Below, piece by piece: positions 22,001 through 36,872 of a stretch of 64,000 nt of DNA. Position 1 is the first letter of the stretch; each line of letters opens with the position of its first letter. The DNA is taken from NCBI GenBank assembly GCA_002245135.1, contig NGBS01001180.1:1-64000 (forward strand), in the 5' to 3' direction. The stretch comes from Proteromonas lacertae. Taxonomy: Eukaryota. The notes under the pieces were generated by a model. That model saw only the letters and a program-made list of their open reading frames with translations, had not been told where the DNA came from and ran no database searches. Both the position numbers and the translations under genes were made by a program.

Positions 22001-23803
22001 GGAGATAATACAAGTGCAATTTATCTATCTACATCTATTGCTAAACCACATAATGGAACTGTTTTTTTAAACTGTGGAAATAGTCCAGTAATAAACACTA
22101 CTACATGTGATTATCATCCTATTATCATACATAATAAAGTGAATATAACAAAATCAATGTTAATCGAATCAAGTGTAATACCTGAAGGAAATGGTTGTAA
22201 ATTAGAAGAGAAGAATTTGAAAGATAGAGAAACAGGTGAAAGATATGATTTAACAAGTTATTTAACTGACTATATGGTAGGAAAGAAGAGAGTAGTTTAT
22301 AATTTAGATGGAAGTGTGAAATTAGAATCAACATTATTCTGTACAACTTCAAAGAAAAGCTCAATAGATGGAAAATATTCAATCTATGAAAGTGGAACAG
22401 AGAATTATGTCGAAAGTAAAATTGTAGTAAATGATTATGTGAAATCATTATTCAATAAATATGGTTGTTCAACAGATCAAGAGGAAGTTAACTTTGAATG
22501 GATTTATTTACATTGTTTAACCGCTAAGAATGACTTATTTGATGATTGTGATGAGAATCCAATCTTGGTAGGTCAAAAGGGAAATGGATTTATTGCATTA
22601 CCTATTAAAGAAGTAAAAAGAACACTTGTAGATGAAACAAAAACAACACCAGAACCTACTGAAACAACAGCAGCAGATAAAAATAATAGAATAGTAGGTG
22701 ATGAAAACTTTGTAGAATATGAACAACATCCTATTTCAAGTTATATATTTGTAAATACTGATAAAGTATATACAATCAAGTCCAACAAAGCCATTGTAAA
22801 GGAATTATCCTTCTCTCAAGGTGATTATTTACCCATTCCAGATAGTCAAGGAGCAATAGGTAAATGGATGACTGAAGTAGATTTAGAATCGTTATCTGCA
22901 ACAAAAGAAGCATTAGTATATGAATATACTTTATTAAGAAAACCATTAACAGTGAAGATAGTAAAATTTGTTGAAAGTGTGAATAAAGAATCTCGATATA
23001 CAATCTACAATACATTTGGTGTAGATGAAGATTACAGTGGATATATGAATAATAATGCTAATCGAAATTATATAGAAAATATCTGTAAATTGAACAATTT
23101 ACCTGAATTTATGTCATTCAAATGGATAAGGATTTACTGTCAAGATAAAGTGACTGAATTAATAAATCAAATGTCAAGTCGATATGTTGGTAATAAAGTG
23201 GAAATTGGTCGATTAGTGAATAGTGCTGATGGTGCAAATATAATGATGAATGGAATAGCTGATGTAGATAAATTCTTACATGTAGAAGATATAGGAACAG
23301 TTCGAAGAAATCAAATGATAACTGTAGTAGGAATGAATGATAATGACAATATTATAGATAGATCAAAACCACTTATTACTATATTATATGGAACTGACCA
23401 TATAACCTATGTTGATCATAAACTAGGATGTTATAGACAAATCTCTGTAAAAAGAGTGAAAAATGGTAAAGTAACCACATTCCAAAAAGGATCACCACAG
23501 CAAGGAGGTAGTTGTAATGTTGAGAATGATGTTATACAGACAATTGATGTTGCTTTAAGATATGAAGGAGGAATTAACGCATATAAAGTGAAAGATGACA
23601 AGATTGTTGATTCTGAGTTTACATATGAAGTTAGATCATTTGCTGATGTTGATAATGAAGCTAAACGAATGATTGAAACAATACCTTCAAACACTCCTCA
23701 AGCTCATGAAAATTCTGAGAAGGATTACAAGGAAGATAAATCCAGTTCAATTGACCATATATTCATGATATTGACAGTTATAATTGTAATGGGTTTACTT
23801 TAA
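19017..23803 (+). CDS. Large secreted/surface protein, paralog 1 (~1585 aa; intron 19051-19079)
   Basis: Splicing gives the signal peptide MNKLNIKRLLITFLLLLLCVEG. Seven Cys/Trp repeats; hydrophobic C-terminal tail consistent with a GPI signal or membrane anchor. Confidence 0.85.
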
Positions 23804-23986
23804 ATAGAAGATATTATTATTTTAGACAGAATTCTCTCATATATATTTGTTTGTTTGGGAAATAGGATACTATATAGTTGCTTTAATAAATATCAAAATT
23901 CACAAAAATAGAGTAATAGTTGAAGATTAAGAAAAATAGAAAAAAACTACTCAAACCATATTCAAGCTGCATTAACAACAGTTAAG

Positions 23987-26900
23987 ATGTATTTCAAATA
24001 TTTTGGCTTAACCATTTGTATATTTACTTTAGTTTTTATTTCAATAGGTTTGCTTATATGCACTGTAGGTGTAGAAGCAACTATGACCAGAAAGGATGTT
24101 AAGCAGTTGATTAAATCTGCAAAAGCTACTTTTGGAAGGATTACTGCAGAAGTTGATTCATCTTCTATACATACTTTAGGTACAAATGAAGGTGTTCATG
24201 GTGTATGGAATGTTCTTGAAAATGGAGCTACTTGTGAACCAGTTAATATGAATGATAAAGATAGTAATTGTAAAGTCACAGGAGATACTGAAGAAATATG
24301 GATGAGTAAAAATGCTTTGAAGATAAATTACATTCATAAAGAACAAACTACAGTAAATACACCAAGTCCTGCTAAAGGAATTGATATTACAGTAGTATTT
24401 TGGGGAAATAGAAACGACGATGGACCTGAAAAATATTCGAAATTTGAACCAAGCAAAGTAGGTGAGGTACATTGGGTAAGTGAGTCTAAAGATAATAAAT
24501 ATTATGATCCAGATTATACAGGATTAGAAGGAAATGATTTGAATAATGATTACATGAAAACTACATACAATTGTTCTGATTTACCTGAATTTGCCTCATT
24601 AAATTGGATAAAAAAACATTGTCCAAATGGTTATGATGGTGTATTAAAAGCTATTGATAAAATACAAACTGTTAAAGATATTACAACAGAATCAACTGAT
24701 AATCCAAATGGTTTAAAAGTTGCAAGAAATGATACTTCAAATTATGCAGTAATATTAAAAGATGATAATCATTATTATACAGAGAAGATACTAGAGATAG
24801 GAAGTATTGAACATATAATTGATTTAATGAATATAAGAACTCACAATATTAATGATTATACATTACACGTTGATAATTTCGAATTTTCCAACTGTTCAGT
24901 TGCATATACAGTAAAGAATGATACTTATGGATCAAATTGCAGATATATATACAGAGGAGGAATAGAACAACCAACTGATGAATATGATGAACATGAGTAT
25001 TATATTAATGATTATACAATATATTCTGTTGATTTGAGTGATGTTAGTATGATATTATCAGGTGTTTTCCTTACACAAACATTTAGAGACTATTATGCCA
25101 ATACATTTAAAAGTTGTTTAGCTTTACCAAATAAAGAATTCATTGAGTTTTCATGGTTCAATCAGAATTGTTATGATTTGGAAATAGACAATATATGTCC
25201 AAAACATGAAGGAGTTATTAGTGGATTTGAAAAGAAAGGAGATTATAGATTTGTAGGAAGATTTGCATTGAGAAGATCAACATCATTAAAAGCATATGAA
25301 TATAAATATCAAAAATCTCCGATTAGTAATGATATTAGTGTTTCTGCTGATGGAAATCAAACATTATTATATTCAGTTGGTTTAGTAAATACACATTCAA
25401 CTTACACTATAACCAAAGGTTTCAATTATGAATGTTATGGTAATCAAGACTTCATCTCTATTCCACCTACCCATGGTGTTATTGGTGCATTACCTTATAA
25501 CGATAGTACAAGTAAAGATTTAGAGATAGTCTATTTAACTAAGGATGCTTCTGTATATTACAGATTTGATGAGACAAATCAAATAACTGTTAAACTATTC
25601 AAACAAGTCAATACATCAATATATGAATCAAGTATATATATATATATATATATTATTATTTTTTTTTTTAGCCTATACTCAATATATTTATTCCAATTCA
25701 GTAATGGATGATGATTACAGTGGATATGATTGTAGTAGTGATGCAAATGTGAATTACTTTAAGAAAGACTCAAAACCAGAATGTCGATGTGAAAGTGAAT
25801 TTATTTCATTCAATTGGATAAACACTCACTGTTCTGAAGATACCAAGAAACATGCTATAACCGACATGAAGGCAATACATAAAGAAAATTTCATTTACAT
25901 AACAAAGAACATGCTGAATGAGACTGTCTATTTTGCAGATAAGATTGAAAATAATTTACCAATCATCAGAAAGAACTATATAATGACAAGAACAACAAAA
26001 TTAGAAGCATCTCTCAAGATGATGGTAGATACACATCCAATTAATGATACAAAGGTAGTGAGTATTATGATAAATGATAAACAAGGTTATATTAGTGATT
26101 TAGGTTTTTTTGTAGTGGATATTACAAATGGTACAACCTCAAGAGTGAAATATGATGTAGAAACATATATACCAAAAGATAAATCATATTCTTATTATAC
26201 AATTGGTAAATTGAATGATGTAGATTCAGGAGTATTTATAACTAAAAATTTGAAGGAAATATTGAAAGAATGTGCTGAAATTCCTCCAATCTATGAAACT
26301 GTATTACCATATAAATGGATAAAAGAAAACTGTCAATCTCACTCTTCATTAATGATAAATATAGATGACAATATATTGAATAATATCCCAAAGAAATTAT
26401 CAATTCGATCATATGATGCAGTTGTAGCTCATAAATATGGTGAAAATGAATTAATTGAAACAGATATTGATTATAAATTGGTAGATAAAAGTAAAATGAA
26501 AGAAGATCTTCAATACTATGAAGAAAGTGATTATGCTCCAATTCCATTAGATGAAAATGAAGGAGGTAGTAGTAGTTGGAATGATAATCAGAATGTAGGA
26601 AGTATTATCACATTACATATAACAAAGGATTATACTCAATATATATACTTGAATAAAAGACAAGCAACAACAGTAAAGATCTTAATTCCATCTGAAAAGA
26701 CATATCTACCAGTTAGTTGTAGTAATGGAATAGCTGGAAGTTGTAGTAAATTTACATGGTATAAAACTGTTACAACTGCAGTACCTGGAGTTTATACTTC
26801 AAACCATTTAATTGATGTGATTTATGATTATAGTGGATATGAAGGAGAAGCAAATCGAATTTACTTTAAAGAAAACTATAAGAATTGTCCATTATTACCC

Positions 26901-28805
26901 GAATTTGCTTCATTCCGATGGTTACAAGTTAACTGTAGAGAATCAATTGAAAAGATGGTTGATCCATTTGTAGCAAGATTTGTAGGTGAAATGAATGGAA
27001 TCTATTATTCTAAATCCTTAGCTAAACCTCATAATGGAACTGTTTATATAAATTGTAAAGAAAATAATACTATTATTGAAGGTTGTGAAACTCATCCAAT
27101 GATAGTTGATAGTGTATTAAATGTGACAAAATCAATGTTAATCGAATCAAGTGTAATACCTGAAGGAAATGGTTGTAAATTAGAAGAGAAGAATTTGAAA
27201 GATAGAGAAACAGGTGAAAGATATGATTTAACAAGTTATTTAACTGACTATATGGTAGGAAAGAAGAGAGTAGTTTATAATTTAGATGGAAGTGTGAAAT
27301 TAGAATCAACATTATTCTGTATGACTGAAAAAGTAAATCAAAAAGATAGTAACAACAACCATTATACTGAATATTTAGGTGGAAGTACAAATTATGTAGA
27401 AAGTAAAATATTAGTAAATGATTATGTTAAAGAAGTATTATCAAGAGCAGGATGTGTAGCAACAACTGATTATATTCGATATGAATGGATTTATTTGAAT
27501 TGTACTAAAGTTATATCAACATTGGTGAAAGAATGCAGTAAAGAGAATTCGGTATTAGTTGGTCAAAAAGGGACTGGATTTATTGCATTACCAATTAATA
27601 AAGTAACAGTAAAAAAAGTAGATGAAACCACTACAAAAGCTGCAACAACAACTCAAGGTGATGGTTCTAAAGAAGGTGAAACTAAATATGAAGTTAATAC
27701 AATTTCAAATCACTTATTTGTTCAATCCAACAAAGTGTACACCATCATTTCCAACAATCAAATCTTCAAGGAATTAGGTTATACAGCTGGTAGATATATG
27801 CCAATCCAATTAGGTCAAGGAGCAATAGGTAAATGGATGACTGAAGTAGATTTAGAATCTTTATCAGTGACAGATGAAGCATTAGTATATGAATATTCAC
27901 TCTTAAGAAAACCATTAACAGTGAAGATAGTAAAATTTGTTGAAAGTGTGACAAGAGGTTATACAAATACAATTTATACTACAACATCAACTGGAGTAGA
28001 TTATGATTACAGTGGTTATGAGAATAACAATGCAAATGGAAATTACATTGAGAATAAATGTGAATTAACAACACTACCTGAATTTATATCATTCAATTGG
28101 TTGAAACAAAACTGTGTAAATGGTACAAAAGAATTAATAGACCAAATGTCTAGTAGATATGTCGAAAAGAATGAAGTTAAGATTGCAAGAATAGTTGATA
28201 GTATAGATAAAGCAAATATTATGGTTGAAGATAAACCAGATGTTGATAAATTATTACATATTCAATATGATGCTTTAGTAAAGAGAAATCAAATGATTAG
28301 CACTGTGGAATTACCTGAAGAAAGTAGTATAATTGTATTATCAACCACCACTCAAGATGATAATAAGAAGGTTTATTATGGTAAAAATAGAATAGTTTAT
28401 GTGAATGAAAATGAGAAATGTTATAAACAATATGGTTTAACAAGAAGTAAAAGTGGTAAAGCAACAAAATTAGTGAAAGGAGGATCACAATCAACTGGTA
28501 ATTGTGAAGGTGATAATATTATTGAATCTTCAATAGATGTTGCTTTAAGATATGAAGGAGGTATTAATGCTTATAAAGTGAATAATGACAAGATTGTAGA
28601 TACAAAGGATGTTTATATTGTTAAATCACTTGATGATGTAGATAATGAAGCTGAGAAATATATTGAACAGTTTAATGGTGAAGCAGTTAATCCATCTAAT
28701 GTTAATAATGATAAACAGAATAGTAAGAGCGATGATAGTGCTTATTCTCTAAGTAAGTTTGTTTTCATTTCATTATCAATAATGGTATTAGTTACATTGA
28801 TGTAA
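23987..28805 (+). CDS. Large secreted/surface protein, paralog 2 (~1592 aa; intron 25632-25671)
   Basis: A 40-nt GT-AG intron joins the two ORFs in frame. Colinear with paralog 1, with signal peptide and hydrophobic C-terminus. Confidence 0.87.
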
Positions 28806-28991
28806 TAGAATACAATAAATACTTAAATATTAATAAATCATACTATAAACAAAGTCAGTTTACTTCACTTATATTTTGTTTGTATTGATCTTTTCAAAGA
28901 AAATAGAAATTGGTGTAACCAAAATTTAATGAAAATTTTGAAAAACCATTTTGACAGTTTAAATTTGAATTTTCAAATTCAATATTCTCAA

Positions 28992-31900
28992 ATGAACAAC
29001 GAAAATATTATCAATAATTTGAATTCTCGAAATCCAAGTAATGGGAAACAAAATATAGGGAAATTAGATAGAAGAAGTTTAAATCAAAATATCAACTCAG
29101 TATAATCCTTAAATTAATATCTAGAACACATCAACACCATCAGCTAAACATGAAATACTACTAAGAAATATTTCAAACCGAGTATACTAACGTTTCCCCT
29201 AATTTGTAGATACACTCAAAAACTATCCCAAAGCCAAACCAATCATCACCATCTACATCGCCAAATCCAGCAGATGGCCATACAGAATCCTTTGAAACCA
29301 ACGAATACAGTGAAAATGATCAAAAATCAGTTTATTCTGATTCTGATTATTATGCATTACTCACTGACTTACAAACAGAAAGACAAAGAGTGAATACACT
29401 AGAAGAAGAGAACAGAGAACTGCGAGAAGTGTTAGATCGATTTTCAATTTACTCCAATGACAGTGATTCAGTCTCAATAGATTACTCAGATATGAAAACA
29501 ATTGGAGGACCATTAAAACATCAATTATTTGCAATGGAACAGAAAATACAGGAGAAAAATGTAAAAATACAAAACCAAGCAAATGATATGAGAAACTTGG
29601 AAAATGAAATAAAATATTTAAAGAAGCAGTTGGAATCACAAGACAAATATATTGAACAATTAAACTGTGATAGTTTATACAAGAAAATAGATGAATTAAA
29701 CAAAGAAATCGAAAATGAAAAAGAAAATATTACAGACTTGAATAATCAACTTTTCCAGCAGAGTAATGAAAAGAATGAATTAATAAACCAATTAGACAAT
29801 TTAAAAACAGAATTAGAAAAGAACAGTGAAGAAAAAGAATCTATTAAATCAATGTGTATTGAAAAACTTACCAAAATAAAAGCCAAACATCAAAACAGAG
29901 AAAGTGAAATAAAACAGTTGTATGAAGATAGAATCAATGATTTAGTTAAAGATAAGGAAAAACTCGATGAAACAATTAATAAATTAAACAAATCAAATAA
30001 ATCCATTTCTGATGATTTAATAAAGTATAAGAAAGAGATGAAAGAATATAAATTGAATTTGAAAAAGACTTATAAAATATTGGAACAAGAGAATGATAAC
30101 TTAAAGAAAGCAAGTATTGAAATGAGTGAAGAATTAGATAATATAAAGTATGAGAGAGATGAATACTACAATGCAATAAAAGAGAAAGAATTAACTAATT
30201 CTGAACTACAAATGAATAACCAGAAACTGATTTCAGAGAATCAGACAATAAATCAAGAGAATGAGAAAGAGAAGAATAAACTGATTAATAAAATTGAAAT
30301 GATAAAGAATGAGCAACAAGTTGTGGAAGAAAAATATAAGAATGAGTTAGTAGAGAAAGAGAAAGAGATTGAAAACCTTCAGAATGAGATTCTATCCTTA
30401 AAAAATGAGACAGAAGAGTTAAAGAATGAAATAGAACAGAAAGACTTGATTATATCTCAGAAAGAGGATGAATTAAAGGAAGAATGTAATGAAGTTGAAC
30501 AATTACAGTATAAATACAAGAATTTTGAAGAAATATTGAGTGGCAAAGATGAGAGAATAAAAGAGGAGGAAGATAAAAGCATGAAATTCGAAGAAAAAAT
30601 AAAAGAGTATCAAACTCAGCTTGAAGAATTGTCTCAAACCTACTCAAACTTACAAAACGAATTAAAAGAAAGTCAATCAAACTCTTTGTTGTTATCATCA
30701 CACAATGATGAACAAAACAATAACATTTTACTCTTAAAAGAAGAAATAAAGGAAAAGGAAGATGAAATATTGAGATTGAAGGAAGATATTGAATCATTCC
30801 CCAAGATAATGAGTCCTAGTGATTTTAAACTGATTTTGTACAAGTCAAGGCAATTTATCATACCAGAAACAAGGCTTAGTATGTCATATTCAATAGATTC
30901 TTTCAGAATGAGAGTTCCAGAAACATTCAAATACTATATACCTTCCATATCCAACAATATCAATATTATCAACGAAAATTACAACAATAATGAAGGAATG
31001 TTAGTAGATATTAGTAATATTGATATTATCAACAAACCAATCGATTTAAACATCTCACAAAACAATAATGATGATATAATAGACAATAATAATTACGAAA
31101 ACTTCACTTCCTATCCTACAACCACACTATTAACAAGAGATCGTCGAGATTATTGTGTAACCGAATCATTACCAGTTTTATCATCACCAGAGCGAAAGAA
31201 AAAGAGTTTAAATATGAAAGAATATCCTGTCATCTCATCACCTAATCATCATTCACTAAATAAAGAATATATTAATTATCCAACTACCACTTTACTCTCA
31301 CCAAGTAAGAGATTGAATGAGATGAAATATCCAGTGCTTATATCAAAGTCAAGTAATTTAACTAAAGAATTTGTAGATTATAACACTACAAATATTATTG
31401 TAGGAAATGATAGAATGAATCAAATCAACTATCCAGTAGTATCATCGCCAGTACATGAGCCAAAGAGGAATTATATCAATTATAATACTACCAATGTGAT
31501 AGAAAATGGGAAAATATTAAAATCTAAAGAATATCCTGTATTATCACCTGAAAAGCTAGAAAAGCATTTATTCACTACTGAATATCCAGTACTATCACCA
31601 CATAAAAATAAAAAGAATTTACAACCAACAGAATATCCAGTTTTATCATCTCCAACAAGGAAAAGACAAATATTGAAAGAATTACAATCAACAAATGTTG
31701 AACGTTCAATTCAAATAGAAAACGACTATATTTCTAATAATGATGGAAAACATAGAAGGAATTTGTTTTCTACACCAAATTCTTCACCAGAAAGACCGCA
31801 ACATAATAATAATCATATTTTACAACATCAACCATCTTCTTCACCATTCAATATGTCATTTAATTCTACAAATACAATACCAATGAATATGAATGAAATA

Positions 31901-33709
31901 ACTGAACTACATTCAATCATTGATGAATTAGAATTACAGATAACTGAACATAAAAACACTGTAGAATCAATAATGAATCATAATTACACATTAGCAGACT
32001 ATAATACAGCTCTAATCAATGAAGTGAATAAATATTATGACAAATATCAATCACTCAAAAAGAAATTAAAGAAAGTTCAAAAATCATTAGCAAGAAAAGA
32101 TGAAATTGAAAAAGAATTGAAAATGAAAACAAAAGAATTATCACAGCATTTGATAGAAACTGAAAATAACAAAATAGAAATCTCCTTAATAAAAGAAAAA
32201 GAAGAAGAAATAATAGAATTACAGCAGCAAATTAAGAAATTAACTTCTATCAAATTAGTAAAAGAAGAAGAAATACAAACTGATGAAAATGAAATAATTC
32301 ATGATGAAAATAATGAAGTTTTAGAAGAAGAAATAAGTCCAATAAAAAGATATGAAGATAATAATGAAAATATAAATTGTTCAATAATTCAATCTGAAAT
32401 AACAATTATACAATCAGAAGAAGAAGAAGATAAAGATAAAGATAAAGAGATAATTATTCCATTAAACCATGCTACAGTTGAATATCCATTAATAACAATA
32501 ATCAATTTAGATGATGAAGCTCAACACATATTCACACTTGCTAAAGACATGGAAAATCAATTACAAGGACATACTCAAAGAATAAAATCATTATTATTAA
32601 CAACTAATAATAAAAGCACAATAATTGAAGATAATAATAATACAATGGTAGAACAATCATCATTTAATGGATCATTTACACTTCAACAACATAATGAAGA
32701 AATAAAAAATGATTTGGAATTATTTGATGAGAAATATGAAAAGTATAAAATAATGTTGAACAAATATACTTATGGTTGTTATGATAAAAATAACAAATAT
32801 ATGGAAAGATGTTGTAGTACAGTTAAACCAACAATTAGTTTAACATTAGGAACCACTGATTATAATGAATTATTATATAATATTGATGATGAATTGGATG
32901 TAATACAATACAATGAAGAGTGTATTATTGAAGAACCAATCAAATTACAGTATGTAGAAAGTGAAAGAATGAAATCAATGAAAGTGGATGAAGTTTCTTT
33001 TATTCATAAGGAATTACAGTTGCAATTAAATAGAATAGAAGAATCTGTTGAATCATTAAACAACTCAATGAATGAAGAAAAGAAGAAAATGTCAAATGAA
33101 ATATTACTCCAACAAATACTACAGAAAATAGAAGAATTAAGATTAGAAAAGTCAAAATTAGAAATATTATTAAATGAATTAAATGATTTAAAACAAACAA
33201 ATAATGCATTGAAAGATGAAAAAGACTATTTAACAGAAGAATTAAATGAAACTCAACAAACTGAGCTTGATACAATTAATAAAGTATCTTCCATAACATC
33301 AGCAATAAAAGAATTGGATAATAAAATAAATACGTTGAGTAGAACAGCTACAGAAGTGAAACAAATGTCTTATCAAAAGGATATGAGTTTAAGTAGACAA
33401 ATGCTAAGTTCAGAACAAACATTGACCACACAAATGACATTGATGAAGTTGAGAGAAGAGAATCAAGATTATATACAACAATTATATGAAATAAAATCAA
33501 TGCTAATAACAATCAAAAGTAATTTAGATGAACATAAATTAAATAATGATGATATAAGTGAAATATCAAAACATTATGAGTTAATATGTGAAGATAAAGA
33601 TTCTAAAGAATTGACTGAAATTGATAAGATGTTGATTGAAATTAATGAAAGGATTATTAATATGAGTAGAGAATCATCATTGTCAGATAATAATAGTAGT
33701 AAATATTAA
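28992..33709 (+). CDS. Long coiled-coil protein with central (E)YP(V/T)(L/I)SSP repeats (introns 29100-29124, 29182-29209)
   Basis: Two short introns connect ATG 28992 in frame to the 1439-aa ORF; E/K/N-rich heptads flank a repeat block. Confidence 0.82.
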
Positions 33710-33779
33710 TAATAATAATAATATTGTATCATTTTAATAATTAATATATTTATATGATTAGTAATTGTTTTATTTTTTT

Positions 33780-33900
33780 CAGTGTTGTATTTTTCGGTCA
33801 AAAAATATAGGTTTACCTATAGGTCAAAACCTATATCTTTAGCTTGACCTTTACCTTCCTTATACTAACTATTAGTTGACCTCCTATTGAACATAAGTTA
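33780..33900 (+). mobile_element. Solo hAT-like transposon end
   Basis: CAGTGTTGTATTTTTCGGTC resembles the TIR at 40398 and shares the subterminal ATAGGTCAAAACCTATA. Confidence 0.6.
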
Positions 33901-33964
33901 AGAATCATATAATCTAACCATAAATACAAAATTAAAGCTTTATACAATATATGTATCACCGTAA

Positions 33965-34660
33965 GAATATCAACTCAAAGAAATATCCACAATAAATGAT
34001 GATCATTTGAAATTCTTAACATGTTGTGATTTGACTGAATCATTTATAAAATATGGAAATTTTGGTAATAAACTCAAGAATTCCGGATTAATAACTGAAA
34101 GATCAAAAAATATTATTGATAAACAAGCAACTGAAATAAGACATTTCTTATATAAATTCTTCTTCAAACCATCAAAATTTGTCGAAAATGAAATAATGAA
34201 AATAACAAATAAGTTTTCAAAGAATAAATTATTGATAGGATTTCATTTTAGAACAAATCACAAAGGATGGAATGATAGAGGAGTGGCATTTTTAAATAAT
34301 CAACAAATAGAAGAAGCAATTCAAAATGCCACAAAAATATCAAAGAAATTAAAAAATGTAGAATGGTATATTTCAAGTGATGATAATGAGATATTGATGA
34401 AATATAAATCAAAATATCCTGAATATGTTGTTAATGATATTCATGAGAAAGTTCATTCCAGAGGATCTGCTTCAAGAGTAACAGATGGATTTATATATTC
34501 TGTTGTTGAAGCTTATATATTATCAGAATGTAAAATATTGTTTTTAACATCATCTAGTTCATTTAGTGGAATTGCTTATTATAAATCTAAATTATCAATA
34601 TATGAATTTTTAGATAAGAAAGAAATTATTTGTAAAGAATGTAGAATTATATGGATGTGA
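33965..34660 (+). pseudogene. Fucosyltransferase-like (GT11/GT23/GT37 clan) C-terminal part, 5'-truncated
   Basis: IGFHFRT, WYISSDD and LTSSSSFS motifs of GT-B GDP-fucose-binding enzymes; no N-terminal GLGN motif or signal anchor. Confidence 0.7.
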
Positions 34661-35114
34661 TTAATGTTTATTATTTCATCATTCCAAAACAAATTTGTCC
34701 TTATAGAGTAGTGTGTGAAATATTTGAAAATAATAATAAAAATTCAATTAATTTGTTCAGTTACTACAAACAACATGAACATATCAACCTAAATATTGAT
34801 GTGAATCTAGAACCACAACAAATATAGCCTAGAAGCTATAGAATATCAGAAGGTCAAGATAGAGATTTTCAGTTTTGCTATGACATATTTCATAGGTCAT
34901 AATGCTAGTAGATAAAATTGATTTGCTTAAAAAATATAAATTTTGTATAGCAATAGAAAAATTATGATGAAGTATAAAGTTTCAATTAAAGATAATGGTA
35001 AAATATAAAGAGTGTGTATATTGGACAAAATCATATAGTAAAAAATAGTATAATTGATTAAAATTTGATAAAGATGATAATATAATTAAAATTAAAAATA
35101 AATTTGATTAAATC

Positions 35115-36150
35115 AATCTTCAGTCACATCAGAAGTTACTAATTATGAAGTTGTAGAATCATTACATCCACTTTATAGTGATTCTAATTATACAGGAAAA
35201 GTATATCTTCCAAATTGTAAATCAATGGTGATAATATTTGATGAAAAGAGTGATATTAGAAGTGGAAGTTTGAGTTTTTATTTAGATGAAAGATGTAACA
35301 ATACTTTTGAAAGATTTGATGAAAATAATAGTTTTAAATCTTTTGTAGTGGTAATAGTAGATGGGGTTATAGAATGTTTGTGATTGGATTGGGAGATTAT
35401 GAATTATTACCAGAAAAGAAAATAATATCAAATCCAAATCTGGAGTGGTCATTATGGTTATTGAATATTATATTACATCAATCAAATATAATAGATTCAT
35501 TAAACAAAGAAACAAAACAACAACTATTCAACACCTTAGTTAAACAATTTGTTAAGTCTATAAACAAAGAAAGAATAATAAATATATTAGTTTCATTATT
35601 CAGAGATGAAAGATTTAAAGATTTAGTAACACAATCAAAAGAAATAGATGATTTAGCATCACAATCAATTAATAACATTAACTATGGAAGAAAAAGAGAC
35701 AATATAGATTTATTCTTGATAGAATTGTATTGTGTGTCAAAATATCATTCAAATCCAATAAATATAGATGAATTAGAAAGTGATGAAATATCAATAGAGA
35801 AAATATCATCAGTCTATTCATTGTTATATGAAATGTCTATCAATCAATATATTCCTTTATTTAATCATTCAAATTAAATAAATGATTATACAAAAACATA
35901 TAAAGCATCTTCATATCCTCGTAATAACAAATATTTGAAATATGAATATGAATGTAATTGTTTTAATAACTTTAAAGTGATTATTCACAAAGATACAGAT
36001 GTTGGAAATGAAAAAATAAATATAATTTATAACAATGATACTAAGCAATTTTCAGGTAAATTTGATGATGATTTAGTTGTTGAGATTAATAATACAAACA
36101 GAATTAGTATTGAAACATGGTTGTTTAATAGAACTATCTTACCTTTATAA
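35115..36150 (+). pseudogene. Fragment of a large host gene with an ESxHP(Y)-type CUB-like module (as in some giant E3 ligases)
   Basis: VVESLHPLYSDSNYTGKVYLPNCKSMVIIFDEKSDI near 35150-35260, followed by broken ORFs 35374-35877 and 35935-36150. Confidence 0.4.
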
Positions 36151-36872
36151 GATATATTTTTTATAATTTCTTTTATTTTAGTAGAATTTGTAACAGAACT
36201 AACTACATTTATAACTTCTTATGACAATTTTAACATTTTAAATAGTCATTTTCAGTTGAAGGTAATATTAATGATATACAATCTTTTGTATTATAAGTAT
36301 TAGACTTTATATATATATGTATCATAATAATAAAAATAATTGAATGTAACATTAATTCATTAGTCATTTGAATTTTTAATATACTATTATTTTGTTTTTA
36401 TATAGCACTACATTATAGATATTATTTGACTATTCACGAAATAATTGATTAATGGTTGATATACTTTGTCTTTTATTCCTTATAAATTTATATTATTCTG
36501 TGTAACAAAAAGAAACAATTCAAAAGTTTTATTAAACAAAAATTAATTGCAAAGATTAAGATAATATTTCATTCCATACTCAGCAGACACACTTTTTCAA
36601 ATAAGATTATTAGTTACATCGCAATATGCGATAAGAATATTTTGGAAAGATTTTAAAAATTAATGATTGTATATACAGAAGTTATTACAATAGCAGACAC
36701 ATAATTAATAGTGATATTTACTTCCAATTGCAAAATTGATAAAAAGGATAGTTATGTTTGGTTTACAAGAGTTAAGCAACTTGATATTTCATCTTCTTGT
36801 AAATATTTAAAATATGAAAATAGTATATCAAAAGAATTATTACATGCACAATAATTATTTTATTATTGTTGA

